From assembly GCA_002104905.1 (NCBI GenBank), contig MCFE01000028.1:163862-227861 (forward strand): DNA of 64,000 nucleotides. Direction: 5' to 3'. A program made the translations under genes and the position numbers. This stretch comes from Basidiobolus meristosporus CBS 931.73 (Eukaryota > Fungi > Basidiobolomycota). A model generated the notes under the pieces. It ran no database searches and was not told where the DNA came from. It saw only the letters and a program-made list of their open reading frames with translations. This document shows, one piece after another, positions 43,639-56,051 of this stretch (the stretch's first letter is position 1; every line of letters begins with the position of its first letter).

Positions 43639-44467
43639 ATGTTCCATACCTCCAACAAAAGCCATACCGCCATCAGTAGGCAAACCGCCGTGGATGGATT
43701 ATTAGGTAGGTCTCGAGTATCAATTGCGTGCGACCAAGACACCCGCTAATCTTTTTGTAGATGCTGCATCAATTATAGTGGATTCGATCTGGCCAGATGG
43801 TCAGCACAAATTCGACGCTGAAGTCTTGCCACTCAGAGATTTCATCAAAGAGACCATTCGTCGCTCCAAAAGTACATTCTCGGTGCTTCAGGTCGCACTG
43901 CTCTACCTGATCCGCATCAAGGGTGCCCTTGCGAAGCATATTAGCCACGGCACCATCCCCGACTTTACAAAGTGTGGGCGCAGAATGTTCATCGCCTCGC
44001 TGATTCTTGCTACCAAATACCTACAAGATAAGAACTACATGAACCGTGCCTGGGCCAAAATTATGGGGGTTAAGGTTGCCGAAATCAACCATATCGAGAA
44101 GATCTTTTTACAGCTGATCGATTATCAACTCTATGTGCCTCTGGCCACATTCTCACAGTGGTGCAATCTGCTGTTGAGCTTCGCAAACAAACCTCGCAAC
44201 ACCACTCCATCATCCCCCATGACCTATTTAAATCTTGCGCCTCAAGTTGCACTGAAATCTTCCAAGCAATCATCTCGCTTCAGCCCTTATCCATCCCCTA
44301 CCGGAACGCCATGCCCGAGCACTCCACGCCGGTTTTCAGTTGACGCACACCAACAAATCGTCACTCCTCAAGAATCACCAATTAGTTGCGCACATTCGCC
44401 AATCAACAATAAGGCCATCAGTCAATTATCAATTGCTTACATAGTGAACCCTACTGACCTCTTTTGA
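43639..44467 (+). CDS. Pho85-type cyclin (Pcl5/Clg1-like)
   Basis: FIKETIRRSKSTFSVLQVALLYL, CGRRMFIASLILATKYLQDKNYMNRAWAKI; ATG 43639 with intron 43706-43760 inferred. Confidence 0.85.
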
Positions 44468-44879
44468 TGCTCTGAACCGAATCATTTTCAAGCAGATTGA
44501 TTGTCGCATAAAAGCGATCACCTCATCTTTCATGTACAAACAACAATCTCACTGTATTATACCCACACATATAGACTTCCATATCTTGTATATCATCGAG
44601 GGCGGGTGAATAAAGTGCCCACCGTTTCTGTTGCATATGATGACGGTGCTAGTATTACTGCTAATGAAGTGTTGTCAAGTTGAGATCTGTGTCCGGTAAC
44701 AACTGCGATGAATGGTAATATTATTTTATGACCAATCATGATGTTTACTGTCATGGACTCCTTTGACCAATCAAGATCAATGGGCTTTCGGCTTGTTTGT
44801 ACTTAGGGGGTTCTCGATAACAGAGCGGAGTATTGGCACGATCTGCATACCATCGTTTTGAACCTGAGTGTTACAGCTA

Positions 44880-46618
44880 ATGGGGAAACTTAGTAGCCTT
44901 GTAACGCTTATCACAGTAGGAGCCTTCGTGCTTTATGTCGGAAATGCTGTGACTCAAATATTCTACTTGTTCTACCCTACGTTTCAAGTCCCTTTCTTGT
45001 CAACGCCAATAACAGCCGAAAAATACCATAAGCAGTACTGGCCACCAGACAAAACCTTCGACATATCAGTCTACACATCAACCAAACAGAGATTCCAGTT
45101 TTTCAAAAGCGCCAAGCCTATATGGAAGCTTGAAGGCCTTAGGTATGAGGATTCCGAGCGAACCGAAGAACTCAGTGTGAGGTTGCCCAGCTCGACCCGA
45201 AACAATGGGACTCTCTACGGCCACATATTCGTACACAGCTCTAATTCTTCCCCTGATCCATCTTCCCCCAACTTCGACCCTCTGAATTTCTCGCGAACGG
45301 TCTCGCTGACGAAATACGCCCCTAAATTGTTAAACAACACCAGGAATCTACTTTCAGCAAAACAAGAGGAGGATCCAGTATTTGAAACTTCAGAAGGGCC
45401 TATTATAGCTCACTGGAAGCCTAATCTGTATATTGAATTGGTGATTGATCGTACAGAGTATCCTTTCAACCACATCCCTAACGACATTATAGGCCAAATG
45501 TTGTTTATATCCTCCGATTATCTACCCATTCTCTCCGTCAATGAGATAGGTCTTCGTAGAGAACAGTTGGTGCCCATCGAAGCCAAAGGGAATGCGGTTC
45601 TGCGCATGCCCCTGAAGCTTAGCTTCCAACGGGTCAGCCTTGGCATGTTCCGGTTACATCAAATGCTTGGAAATTCCTTGGACCAAATGTCATCTCCCGA
45701 GTCACTCTTGAAAGTCTCGGAAAAAGAAATCGACAATCTCCGCCAGATGTTCTTTGAAGTGAACCCCACTCTGCTGGCAGTGACCATGATGGCATCCATG
45801 CTTCACCTTTTATTTGACTTTTTGGCCTTCAAGTCAGATATATCCCACTGGCGTGCTAAGCAAACTATGGAGGGAATCTCTCGCAGCTCTATAGCTATGA
45901 GTGCAATCACTCAGATCATGATCGTTTTGTACCTGTGGGACAAAAAGAAGGACACCAGTATCTTGATATTGGGCGGTGCTGTGGTCTCCACTCTGGGTTT
46001 GTGTTTTACTGGAAAGACCGGTGTGTATTGAGGGTAGATCTAATCTTTTAATGTCTAGTTGAGCTGTGGAAAGTCATCAAAGTCTACAAACTGAATCTTT
46101 CCTGGAAGGGATTCCAAGTCGAGGAAAACAAAGCCCTTACCAAAGACGAGGAAATCAGCCGGGAAATCGACAGGACGGTCATCTACTACATCACCATCTT
46201 ATGTATCCCTATCTCCATCGCGTATGCTGGCTATTCGCTTATCTTCTGGGAGCACAAGAGCTTCTACTCATGGTCGTTGGATGCCTTGATGGCGGCCGTA
46301 TACCTGTTAGGCTTGTAAGTTGATTTTATGGCTCTATCGATAATGATGGCGTAGTGACGATTTTCTAGTATCAATATGACCCCGCAAATCTTCCTGAACT
46401 ATCGATTGAAGTCAGTCGAGGCGCTTCCGATCAACGCATTCCTATTCAAGGCCATCAACACCTTCGTGGACGACTTGTTTGCACTGGTGATTCCCATGCC
46501 TACGCTGACCCGGCTGAGCGCATTCAGAGATGACCTGGTGTTTTTTGTATTGATGTACCAGTGGTGGATTTATCCCAAGCGTGGCAGTGGTCAAGAAGAG
46601 AAGAAGAAGGCCGAATAG
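44880..46618 (+). CDS. CLPTM1-family ER membrane protein
   Basis: RNNGTLYGHIF, LLFDFLAFKSDISHW, MTPQIFLNYRLKSVEALP, INTFVDDLFA. Confidence 0.9.
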
Positions 46619-46679
46619 TCATGTCGAACTTGGTTCTATTTTATATTTAGTTGTAGATCGTCTAGCCTAGTCAATAAAT

Positions 46680-47780
46680 TCACAACCGAAGTTGCCTTAA
46701 TTTTGGAAGTGGTTTCTCGCATTTTTGGCGAAACACACCCAACGGATAGGAGGTCGACTGGATCCAGTTGTAACACTCTTTACTAAGCCCGATGTCTTCT
46801 ATCAAGCTCACCAAAAACTCGATGGGCTCCGGGATAAACGCTAGTAGGGACTGTATGGAGCTATCGTTCCATGGGCCAATCTTTCTATGCATTAGCATGG
46901 CAAACGCCATCTGGACATGCTCAGCAAATCCTGCAGTCATCAGCTCAGGCCATTCTTGTTGGATCAGGTCCAACATGGTGGTTATACCGTCGTTGGTTCC
47001 GTAATGAACCAGCAGGTTTCTCAAGGTTTTGTCACTGGGTATTCTACACAGCCCCTGTTCTTGTAGGAAATGAAGCTTATCAGTGACTCTACGTGTCGAA
47101 TCTCTATCGGGGTTGAGCTTCAGTAGATAGGTCAAAATGTCTTGGTCAGCCTCTCTAATATATACATTATGCAGTAGCATCGACAAACCAATCTTTGTGG
47201 GTGGAAATAAAAGACTGAGAAAGTAGTAGCCAACGTACAGGCTCGTGGAGATCTCGTCGTGCGAGACATCACGATAGTACAGCTTCAAGCTGTCGACAGT
47301 TGGCAGTATACCGTAGCTTGTGATCAACTGCTTGACCTGGCCCGCACCTTGGAGCTGGCACGAAATCAGTTGACTATACTCCTGACCATAGATGCAATCG
47401 GAATGGTACCGATTTGGCGGGAACCGACGAAGCCCATCCTCTAGTATGCCCGTAATGTCGGAAGTTGCAATGGATTTAGGGAGCTCTTGGAGTTTGGTCA
47501 ACATAAGGACAATCTCGTGGACGTAAACCTGAAAGAACCAAACATTTGGGACTGCACCGCGCCCCAATAGGCCGTGGTAGATATCCAGAGTCAGCAAATG
47601 CGGGTAGTGATACGCCACCTTCCACAGGTCTTCTTTCCCAATTAAATTGTACAGCGCATTAATGATCACGTTGTGACATGTCCCCAACCTCATGAGCCTT
47701 TTGTTGATGCTGGCGTAGAGTGGTGGATACTCCAGGTATTCCAAGATAGTTATCAGCACGTCGTCTGGCAAATGATCCAT
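46680..47780 (-). CDS. Intronless protein with an N-terminal F-box-like motif
   Basis: MDHLPDDVLITILEYL...INKRL; rest of the 366-aa protein unrecognised. Confidence 0.6.
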   Translation of the reverse strand: MDHLPDDVLITILEYLEYPPLYASINKRLMRLGTCHNVIINALYNLIGKEDLWKVAYHYPHLLTLDIYHGLLGRGAVPNVWFFQVYVHEIVLMLTKLQELPKSIATSDITGILEDGLRRFPPNRYHSDCIYGQEYSQLISCQLQGAGQVKQLITSYGILPTVDSLKLYYRDVSHDEISTSLYVGYYFLSLLFPPTKIGLSMLLHNVYIREADQDILTYLLKLNPDRDSTRRVTDKLHFLQEQGLCRIPSDKTLRNLLVHYGTNDGITTMLDLIQQEWPELMTAGFAEHVQMAFAMLMHRKIGPWNDSSIQSLLAFIPEPIEFLVSLIEDIGLSKECYNWIQSTSYPLGVFRQKCEKPLPKLRQLRL

Positions 47781-48270
47781 GGTGTCAGGAGGGTGAGCAA
47801 GGATGGGATGGCTGGTGGATTGGCTTTCCATGTACATAGACACAGAATGATTGTGCCGCAACCAATGTACTTATAGATGATTGTGTCGTGACCCAGGCAA
47901 TCGAAACTAGCCTTCATGCGACTAAATCACCTCCCTCCCCACCCCCACGCATCTCGAGTACTCGTTTTTTAGTCTAGTCGTTTGCACTGTTAACCTACTC
48001 CACCCCAAGGCAGGGGATTTATTTAATACACCACTCTGCAGATCTTTCATTTTATTATCTGCTCGCAATCGACCTGGGAGTCATGATTGTTGATTTAGTG
48101 AATGGTTAATCTATCATCGATGATTACGAAATTGCCCATGATTGATTCCCACTAGGAATCGTGAAAAAACTTGCCAATTGGGTCAGAAAAAAAAATTCCC
48201 GCCTTTGGTATAACTTGACAAAACCAGCCTCTACACTGTGGCTAACGCCTTGAATTGCTGTTCAGTAGAA

Positions 48271-50758
48271 ATGGAAGGGGTCATTGAATTATTCCAAAAA
48301 ATCGGGCTGACCGAACAGAGAGCCAAAGATACCGCCAAGAACAAGAAATTGGCCCCCACTTTGGAAAAAACTATTCAGGAAGCGGGTGTTGAGAACGGTT
48401 GCGACAAGAACATTGGTGCCCTCCTTTATACTCTAGCCTCCACCTTGAACAAGGAGGCCACCCCTTACCTTGGCTATCTGGCCCAGGCTGTGAATGCTGG
48501 AAAGCTTAATTCGGCCGAGCAAATCGCCGCCGCCATCGAGTACGTCGGCGACCTCAAAACTCCCGAGATTAACGAGCAAGAGTTCAACGAGCATTGCGGA
48601 GTGGGTGTGGTGATTACTCCCGAACAGGTCCAACGAAAGGTTACCCAGGAAATCGAGAAGAACAAGGAGAAAATCGTCAACGATAGATACCGTTGCCTTG
48701 GCATCACTCTAAGCACCATCAAGCAAAACCCCGAACTCAGATGGGCCAATGGCGCTTTGGTTAAGGATGAGGTGGAAAAGCAATTCTTGGCTCTTCTCGG
48801 TCCTAGAGATGAACGTGATCAAGTTACAAAGGGCAAGAAGAAGGAGAAGCAAGCTAAGCCTAGCTCTGGTATGTTGCTGCCTAACGCCGTTTCGGAGATC
48901 TATGGGGTGTATTAACTTGTTTGCTCTTTTAGACAAGAAGGCAGCCGCAGCCCCAGTAAAGAAAGACCCTAACAGTATTTTCTTCGAGGGTGAGCTCTCC
49001 AGACTCCACAAGCCCGGAGGTAACAAGCAAATCAAGGACGAATTAATGGTGGAGCACTTGAAGGCTACCGGCGGCAAGGTTGTCACTCGTTTCCCACCCG
49101 AGCCTAACGGCTTCCTCCATATCGGTCACGCCAAGGCCATCAACATCAACTTCGGTTATGCCGATGCTCACAAGGGTATCTGCTACCTTCGTTACGATGA
49201 TACAAACCCTGAAGCTGAGGAGGAGCAATACTTTGTTTCCATCCTTGAGACTGTCAAGTGGCTTGGATTTACTCCATACCAGATTACCTACTCTTCGGAC
49301 TATTTCCAAAGACTTTATGAGCTTGCCGTGTTCATGATCAAGAAAGGTTTGGCCTATGTCTGCTATTGCACTGGTGAGGAGATCTTTGCTCAGCGTGGTG
49401 GAGCTGAGAAGGGACCACGTTTCGAATGCCCCCATCGCGACCGCCCCATCGAGGAGTCGCTTGCGGAATTCGAGAAGATGAAGCAAGGCCAGTACAAAGA
49501 AGGTGAGGCTATTCTCCGTATGAAGATGAACATGCAAGATGGCAACCCACAATTCTGGGACCTTGTTGCCTATCGTATCCTGTACACCCCACATCACCGT
49601 ACCGGATCTGAGTGGTGCATCTATCCTACATACGATTTCACTCACTGCTTGGTTGATTCGTTCGAGAACATCACTCACTCTCTTTGCACCACCGAGTTCA
49701 CCCAATCCAGACCCTCGTACTTCTGGTTGTGTGATGCTGTTGAGGTCTACAAGCCAGTTCAGTGGGAATACGGACGTCTCAATGTTACCAACACCGTATT
49801 GTCCAAGCGTAAGGTATTGAAGTTGGTCGAGCTGGGCCACGTCCATGATTGGGATGATCCTAGACTGTTCACTCTTGCTGCTATCCGTCGCCGTGGTGTC
49901 CCACCGGAGGCTATTAATGTGTTTGTTCGTGAGCTGGGAGTTACCACCTCTCAATCCACCATCGACGTTGCCCGTTTGGATAATCATATCCGTGATCACC
50001 TTAACGAGACTGTTCCTCGTGTGATGGCACTTCTCGAACCCCTCAAGGTTACTCTTACCAACCTTCCTGAAGATTACCTTGAAACCATCACCGTCCCCAA
50101 TAAGCCTAGGGATCCCAAGCTTGGAGAGCACACCGTTCCATTCACAAGAACCGTTTACATCGATAGAAGCGACTTCAGAGAACAAGATTCCGCCGACTAC
50201 TTCCGTCTTGCCCCAGGAAAGGCCGTGGGTCTCTTGCATGTCAAATACCCCATCTCTTGCCAAGAGGTTGTCAAGGATGATGCAGGCAATGTCGTCGAAC
50301 TCATCTGTCGCTACGACAACGAAGGCGAGTTCAAGAAGCCCAAAACATATATTCAATGGGTTGCCGAATCCCCTGCTCACAACTCACCTGTCAAGATCGA
50401 TGAGATTAGACTCTATGAGAAATTGTTCTTCCACGCCAATCCTCAAGACAAGACTGCGGTCCCTGAGGGCTGGTTGAGCGACATCAACCCTAACTCACTC
50501 CAAGTGCTCCGCGGAGCAATTGTGGAGGTCGGCATCTGGGACATCATCAAGCGGTGGTATGAGCAGGCTGTTGCCAAGCAACAGGTCGATCGCATCGAAG
50601 ATATCCGTTTCCAGTTGGTCCGTATTGGCTACTTCTGCTTTGACAAGGATAGCCAGTTCAACGAGGAAGAATTCAAGAAGGACCCCACAAAGGGATTCAA
50701 ATCACTTGTTCTCAATCGTACTGTGACCTTGAAAGAAGATTCCAAGAAAGAAAATTAA
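48271..50758 (+). CDS. GLN4: Glutaminyl-tRNA synthetase
   Basis: Eukaryotic N-terminal domain; RFPPEPNGFLHIGHAK, LRYDDTNP, IYPTYDFTHC, VLSKRK; one intron near 48869-48931. Confidence 0.97.
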
Positions 50759-51743
50759 GTAGCCCAGTGGTTTGGCATTATGCCAAAGACATGTGGTTAG
50801 TTTAGTAAATAATTGGTGGCTCCATATCGCTTCAAAAACTCGTCTTCATTATTTTGTCTTTGCCATGGCTTAATTGATCGAATACCCGGGACGTTCGTAT
50901 CTCTCAATCTTGGCGATATAATTAAATGAAACAATATACAATAGTATCGATTAGGTAACATACATATCAGAAATGTCAACCGAATGTTCGGTACTGTGAT
51001 GGTGTCTGACTGTATAAATCACTTTAACTGACACCAACATCACTACTGAAGAATGGTTCACAGGAATCCACTTGCTTAAAATCACTTGAAACGTGTTCTG
51101 AATTTCCAAAATGGGTTGTTGGTTATATCCTTCACGCGGATGTTGATCGGAAAGGCATTTCGATTGGACCACCAAGCACAGAAGTTCTGTATTGGAAGCT
51201 GGCCTTTCCTACTATAGATAAAACCCAAAGCCACCTGCCATTAGTGGACTATCAGAGGATGTAAGTGGTTTAGAACAGGCCTGGATATGATATGGCTTCA
51301 TGTCAACTCATAACCAGCTAATTTTTCTTTTTCATTGGCCATATACGAGTGGTCCTCAACTGGGAAATCTTTCTCTCTCTAGTACAGTTATCTTCGACAC
51401 CCAAGATCTTGCTTGGTCGTTCACGCAACCATAGTTACGTTCTAGAAACTTTAATAGATCCCGATAACTAACTGAAAGTGTTTCGGACTATTGTAGCCTC
51501 TAGATTCTGAGCGGATACACACAGATTTACTTTTCACCTTTTTGGATGGAATATTAGTGACTCGAGCAGGAGGCAGTGTCTGTCATTCTGTAAAGTTTCT
51601 AATCTGTAGCATTAAGCATTGTCTCTTACGAACAAGTCACGACTCTCTTTTACTTCCACAGCAGCGATATATACAGCGATATTCGATATCCCACTCACTT
51701 TAAACACATCCTTCTTCGCTCCTATACCTTTGAACACACAGTC

Positions 51744-52957
51744 ATGCTCAAGCTTACCCTTCCCTGGCTCAGCTTGCCCCTTCTAATATCACCTTTACAA
51801 CTAGAGCAGCCTAACTGTCTAAGTCTAAACCAGTCGACCTTCTGTCGCGGAGCTTTCAGGAATTATTCTCTCTCTGATGATGCTTGGATATACGGCAAGC
51901 GATTCGCCAACATCGATGGATTTGATTATATTGCAAACACATATTTCGGATCATACGCCGATAGATGGAACATCAACAAAAAGTTCGATTGCGGAGATAA
52001 CCCGGGCTGGAGTGGAGATTTTGAGCCCCCCTATCGAGCCAGCTACGAATGCATGACTCTTCTGGACAAGTATCCGTCGATGTCCTGCAACATAGATCGC
52101 CCAGTTCCCCGCCTCTGTAGATCAGCTTGCCTAGCATACACCGATGGTTGGGCAATGGTAATCAGAAATCAAACAGAGTGTTCGATTACTCTAGACAAAA
52201 TGGCCCAAATCATAGACGGCATGAAGGCTGAGTGCGAGGCGTATCCATTCAACGGGCAGGAGGGAGATTGCATTACAGGAATGGAGGATCAACCAAACAC
52301 CTGCGGTAAGTGCGCTCGCAAGAAGGTTAACCACGAACTGTCACTGAAATAGGGCTTTCACATTACACAGGTTACATATTACCAGAGCAAAAGTATTCGA
52401 TGTGCGCGTATTGTAAGATGTACAACACGACATGTTGTCAGTCGCCTGCGACGCTATCTTGTTATGAAAATCCCGTCAGGAGAAGCCATCACATCAGCAC
52501 GGCGGCACTGGTTTGTTCGATTGTGTTCGGATGTCTGGGTGGTATCAGTCTAGTTGCGCTGGGATTTTTCCTATACAGAAGAAGAAAACCATCCGAACAA
52601 CCGGTAGAAGATCCCACTCCGAGTAAAGAGATTTCCATACCAGAGCTACAAGATTCCACAGCCCATTTGAATGATACAAGGCCTTCCGTGTGTGAATATG
52701 TATGTGAATACCCATACAATCCAGCGTTGCCGGATGAGCTCGCACTACAGGTGGGTGACGTGTTGGCGATAATGTGGATGTTTAACGACGGCTGGGCGGT
52801 GGGCAAAAATTTGACTCGAGGTGGAGAGGGTGCGTTCCCTATGGCTTGCGTGACAACGTTGCAGGTGGAGAATCTGGATAATTCCAACGTTTCAACCATC
52901 TCAAATCGAATCCCGCGACGAATCTCCTCCAAACGAAGTTCCAACAGGTCACTGTAA
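51744..52957 (+). CDS. Single-pass membrane protein: Cys-rich ectodomain, TM helix, cytoplasmic SH3
   Basis: Signal peptide; many Cys (YRASYEC...RLCRSAC); TM LVCSIVFGCLGGISLVALGFFLY then RRRK; SH3 YPYNPALPDELALQVGD...DGWAVG...EGAFPMACV; one intron. Confidence 0.85.
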
Positions 52958-53517
52958 ACACGACTACAACCATAGACTCCACATACTCCAACTGACTTAG
53001 AAGCTAGAACTGTTCTATCCCCATATGTGCCAAGTGCATTTGCTTTACCCTGCACTCTCCTCATTTGCTCACCTTTTCTCTATAAATATTCTCAAAGATT
53101 GTTCACAACCACTCATTTGCGATGTACTATTTCAACATAATTTGTTCAGCGGGGCAAGTTGTGGGCGTTGCCGAAAAGTAAATTCTATCAGAAGCACTGG
53201 TAAACATATTTTTGGTGATTATGATTTATACTTGGCGTAACAGCTATTTATTTCTCCGCTTTGTCAACGGCGTTCCGTACAGCCGGATTCAAGGACAAAT
53301 GTCAATTGGGGGTTCCAGACGGGATACTTGTTCTGCTGCTCCAGTCAGTCAACATGATCATGTGATTGGATAGGAAATATTGCCACATCAGCATGAACCC
53401 TAAGTATTATCAGTTTCTATTAAGGGCAACGAGAGTGATAGATTGTACCTAAGCACTCTCCTCTGTCCGTAGTAGAACCATACTTGGTTGCCCGAAAGTA
53501 AACCGGATTTCTCTAAT

Positions 53518-54119
53518 ATGACCAAATCTCAACCTGGAGGCAATCCAACTGCGAGCAACTCGTTAGACCAAAGTAGGTGCTGTTGTCTGCTTTTCGGAAA
53601 GTCTGCTCTAAACCTTCCTGTTTCCCACAGACCTTGTAAAAAGCGACGCCCTGGAACTGAGGGACGACCTTGAGGTTACAGAACCGAGCCACAGGCACAA
53701 AGTCAGTAGCTTGAGCGTTCCCTTAATCCGCGTGGCCACTAATCCTCCATTTATGTAGGTCGATACATCATCTACCTCTGGTGAAGCGATAGGTAAATTT
53801 CAATACCTCAGTAACACATAGAAGAGATAACACTAACCATAACCTATATATAGGCTTAAAGATCCGAGATTTCGCGTTCAAAGATACAGATCCTAGGCAC
53901 TGGGGAGAAAAGGGAGAAGATACAGACGCAGCGAGTCAAGGACTGTCCAAGGCTATAGCGCTTTATGATTTTGAGGCAGAGAATCCCAGTGAATTAAGCT
54001 TCATGCAAGATGACATACTCACTATACAACAAAAGCAATGCGCGGGCTGGCTAGTTGGATTCAAAGTAGAAGACAAAGTTGGTCTGATACCAGAAAGCTT
54101 TGTACGAATTATCAATTGA
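53518..54119 (+). CDS. Small SH3 adaptor, Nbp2/Skb5-like (only partly visible in ORF track)
   Basis: Four exons join to ...LKIRDFAFKDTDPRHWG...AIALYDFEAENPSELSF...GWLVG...GLIPESFV*. Confidence 0.75.
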
Positions 54120-54436
54120 ACAGCTACGACATATCGATGAAGTTTGCAATAGATTATGCCAATGCATCCTAATATGTCTCTTCTTCGGTACACGCGGATA
54201 CAACACATGCATCAGCCCTTTCTTCTTACTATAGATCACGTCCGATAGTGCTCACTCTCACCCACCTCCAATATTTGCCATACATATTTTGAGAATATAA
54301 ATGGTCAACATCTCTAGCTGCAATCCGTATTATACAATCACAGTTTATTACAATATTGATCAGTCAGCTTCTCTGTACATTGATGAAAATGCATTGGTTT
54401 TTGAAAATTATATTGGGTTGTTGTCAGCAGTTGGAG

Positions 54437-56051
54437 TTATTGCTTATAGTCTATGTTCTTACTTTCCACATCCATTTTCGGCTTTCTCTCGCCTCTTAGC
54501 GGATGATGGATCAGTTCAGGCGAGAACTTCGCGTTAATACACCTGCTTGTAAAGGTGACAGTGATACCGGCGATTGAGATGAGAACGTGGCAAATGCCCA
54601 GAAGAAGGAATGGCGCGCCGTACATCCAGACGTCGAAGAGGTAGCCTCCCAATTTCGAAACGATGACGATTGCAACGGCGCCAAAGAAACTGTAAGCACT
54701 GGCCACACTGCCGCGGATCTCCGGTCGGACGTACGGCCCATTCACGATGGCCATACCAGTGATGATCATACCAATTTGGCCAACTCCAATAAAGCAGGCC
54801 CACACAAGATTGATTTTGTTGTATGGGGAGAGGGTGAAGGCGAAAGGCAAACATCCAATCGCTCCTATCACGCCTCCGATGGAAGTGACAATCGCCTTAT
54901 TCATATGCTCACTCATGATACCATAAAATGGTGCGGCGATAAGTGACCATGTTTGGGCCATTCCAGTCAAAACCTCCGCTTGACCTTACTGTTACTGCAA
55001 GTCCTGTCATAACACTGACCTAAATCACTGAAATACTGCTGGACCCAAAGTGCAACGAAAGTCGAGAAGATAACGGTATCAGCACGAGCCTAGCGAGAGA
55101 GAGATGAAGTTAATCCAACCAAATTCTCTAAGACAATCCTGACGCATTATCCTACCACAAAGCTTGTAGCGAAACCAAGGGCAACTCTGGGATCTTTACC
55201 CGCCTTGAAGCCCTTCAATAAATGCTTGAAATGTTTGCTTGGAAGTAGCTCTGAGTAATTCCCCTTCTTAAACCTGATCCCAAATCCACTGCCCTCTTCG
55301 TTGACTCGAGGCAGAGTGAAGAAGAACACCAGTGCCACAAACATCGTGCATCCACCAATGATTCCAAACCCATATTGCACAGCTAGAAGTTCGTCTCGAT
55401 GAGCCACTTTGTACAGCTTGGTGGGAACGTCCATAAGGAAGAAGGCTGAGAACACGGCACCTAGTGATGACGAGCATTTGGGATTAATAAATGAGCCCCA
55501 TAATGCAGTACAGAAACACTATTCTTACCAAGCCCAGAGCAAAGACCGGTTATCCCAGAGACACGGCCACCACTCTCAACTAGGATATCTCCTAGCATGG
55601 CGGTCATCATCGAAGTTGTTCCACTGGTTCCAACCGAGAAGAGCAGGCGTAGTAAGAGTAGTTGAGGATAAACATTTTTCGCTAGTGGGTATAAAGCGAC
55701 AGAGAGGCCAACCAAGAAGAAAGCAAAGGAGTATACAGGGCGTCTACCAATTCTGTCTGACAACGGACCCCAGACAATCACCATGACAATAGCAAGCAGC
55801 TCGTCATAGAGTGCAAGGGAGCCTGTAGTATTGCCATGGCTATTTTGTTTATTATTCTCGCCTAGGAAGTAAAGGATCGATGATTGACCAGCGCTTAGAA
55901 ATACGATGAGGGCAATGGCAGCGAATACAGCCACCAAGAACGAGAAGAAATTCACGTGGGAAACCTTTGGGTTGACGTGAAATAGCCAAAACACCGTTCT
56001 CATCTCCTTCCTAGGCTCGTCAATCTCCGTGGAGGAATCATTCTTCATCAT
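54437..56051 (-). CDS. Major facilitator superfamily transporter
   Basis: WGPLSDRIGRRPVY motif A, second GIMSEHMNK repeat, multiple TM helices, several introns. Confidence 0.9.

Noticed and set aside
49043-50380. 445-aa antisense ORF over GLN4
   Set aside because: In-register antisense frame expected from C/T-ending codon bias; no independent protein features.
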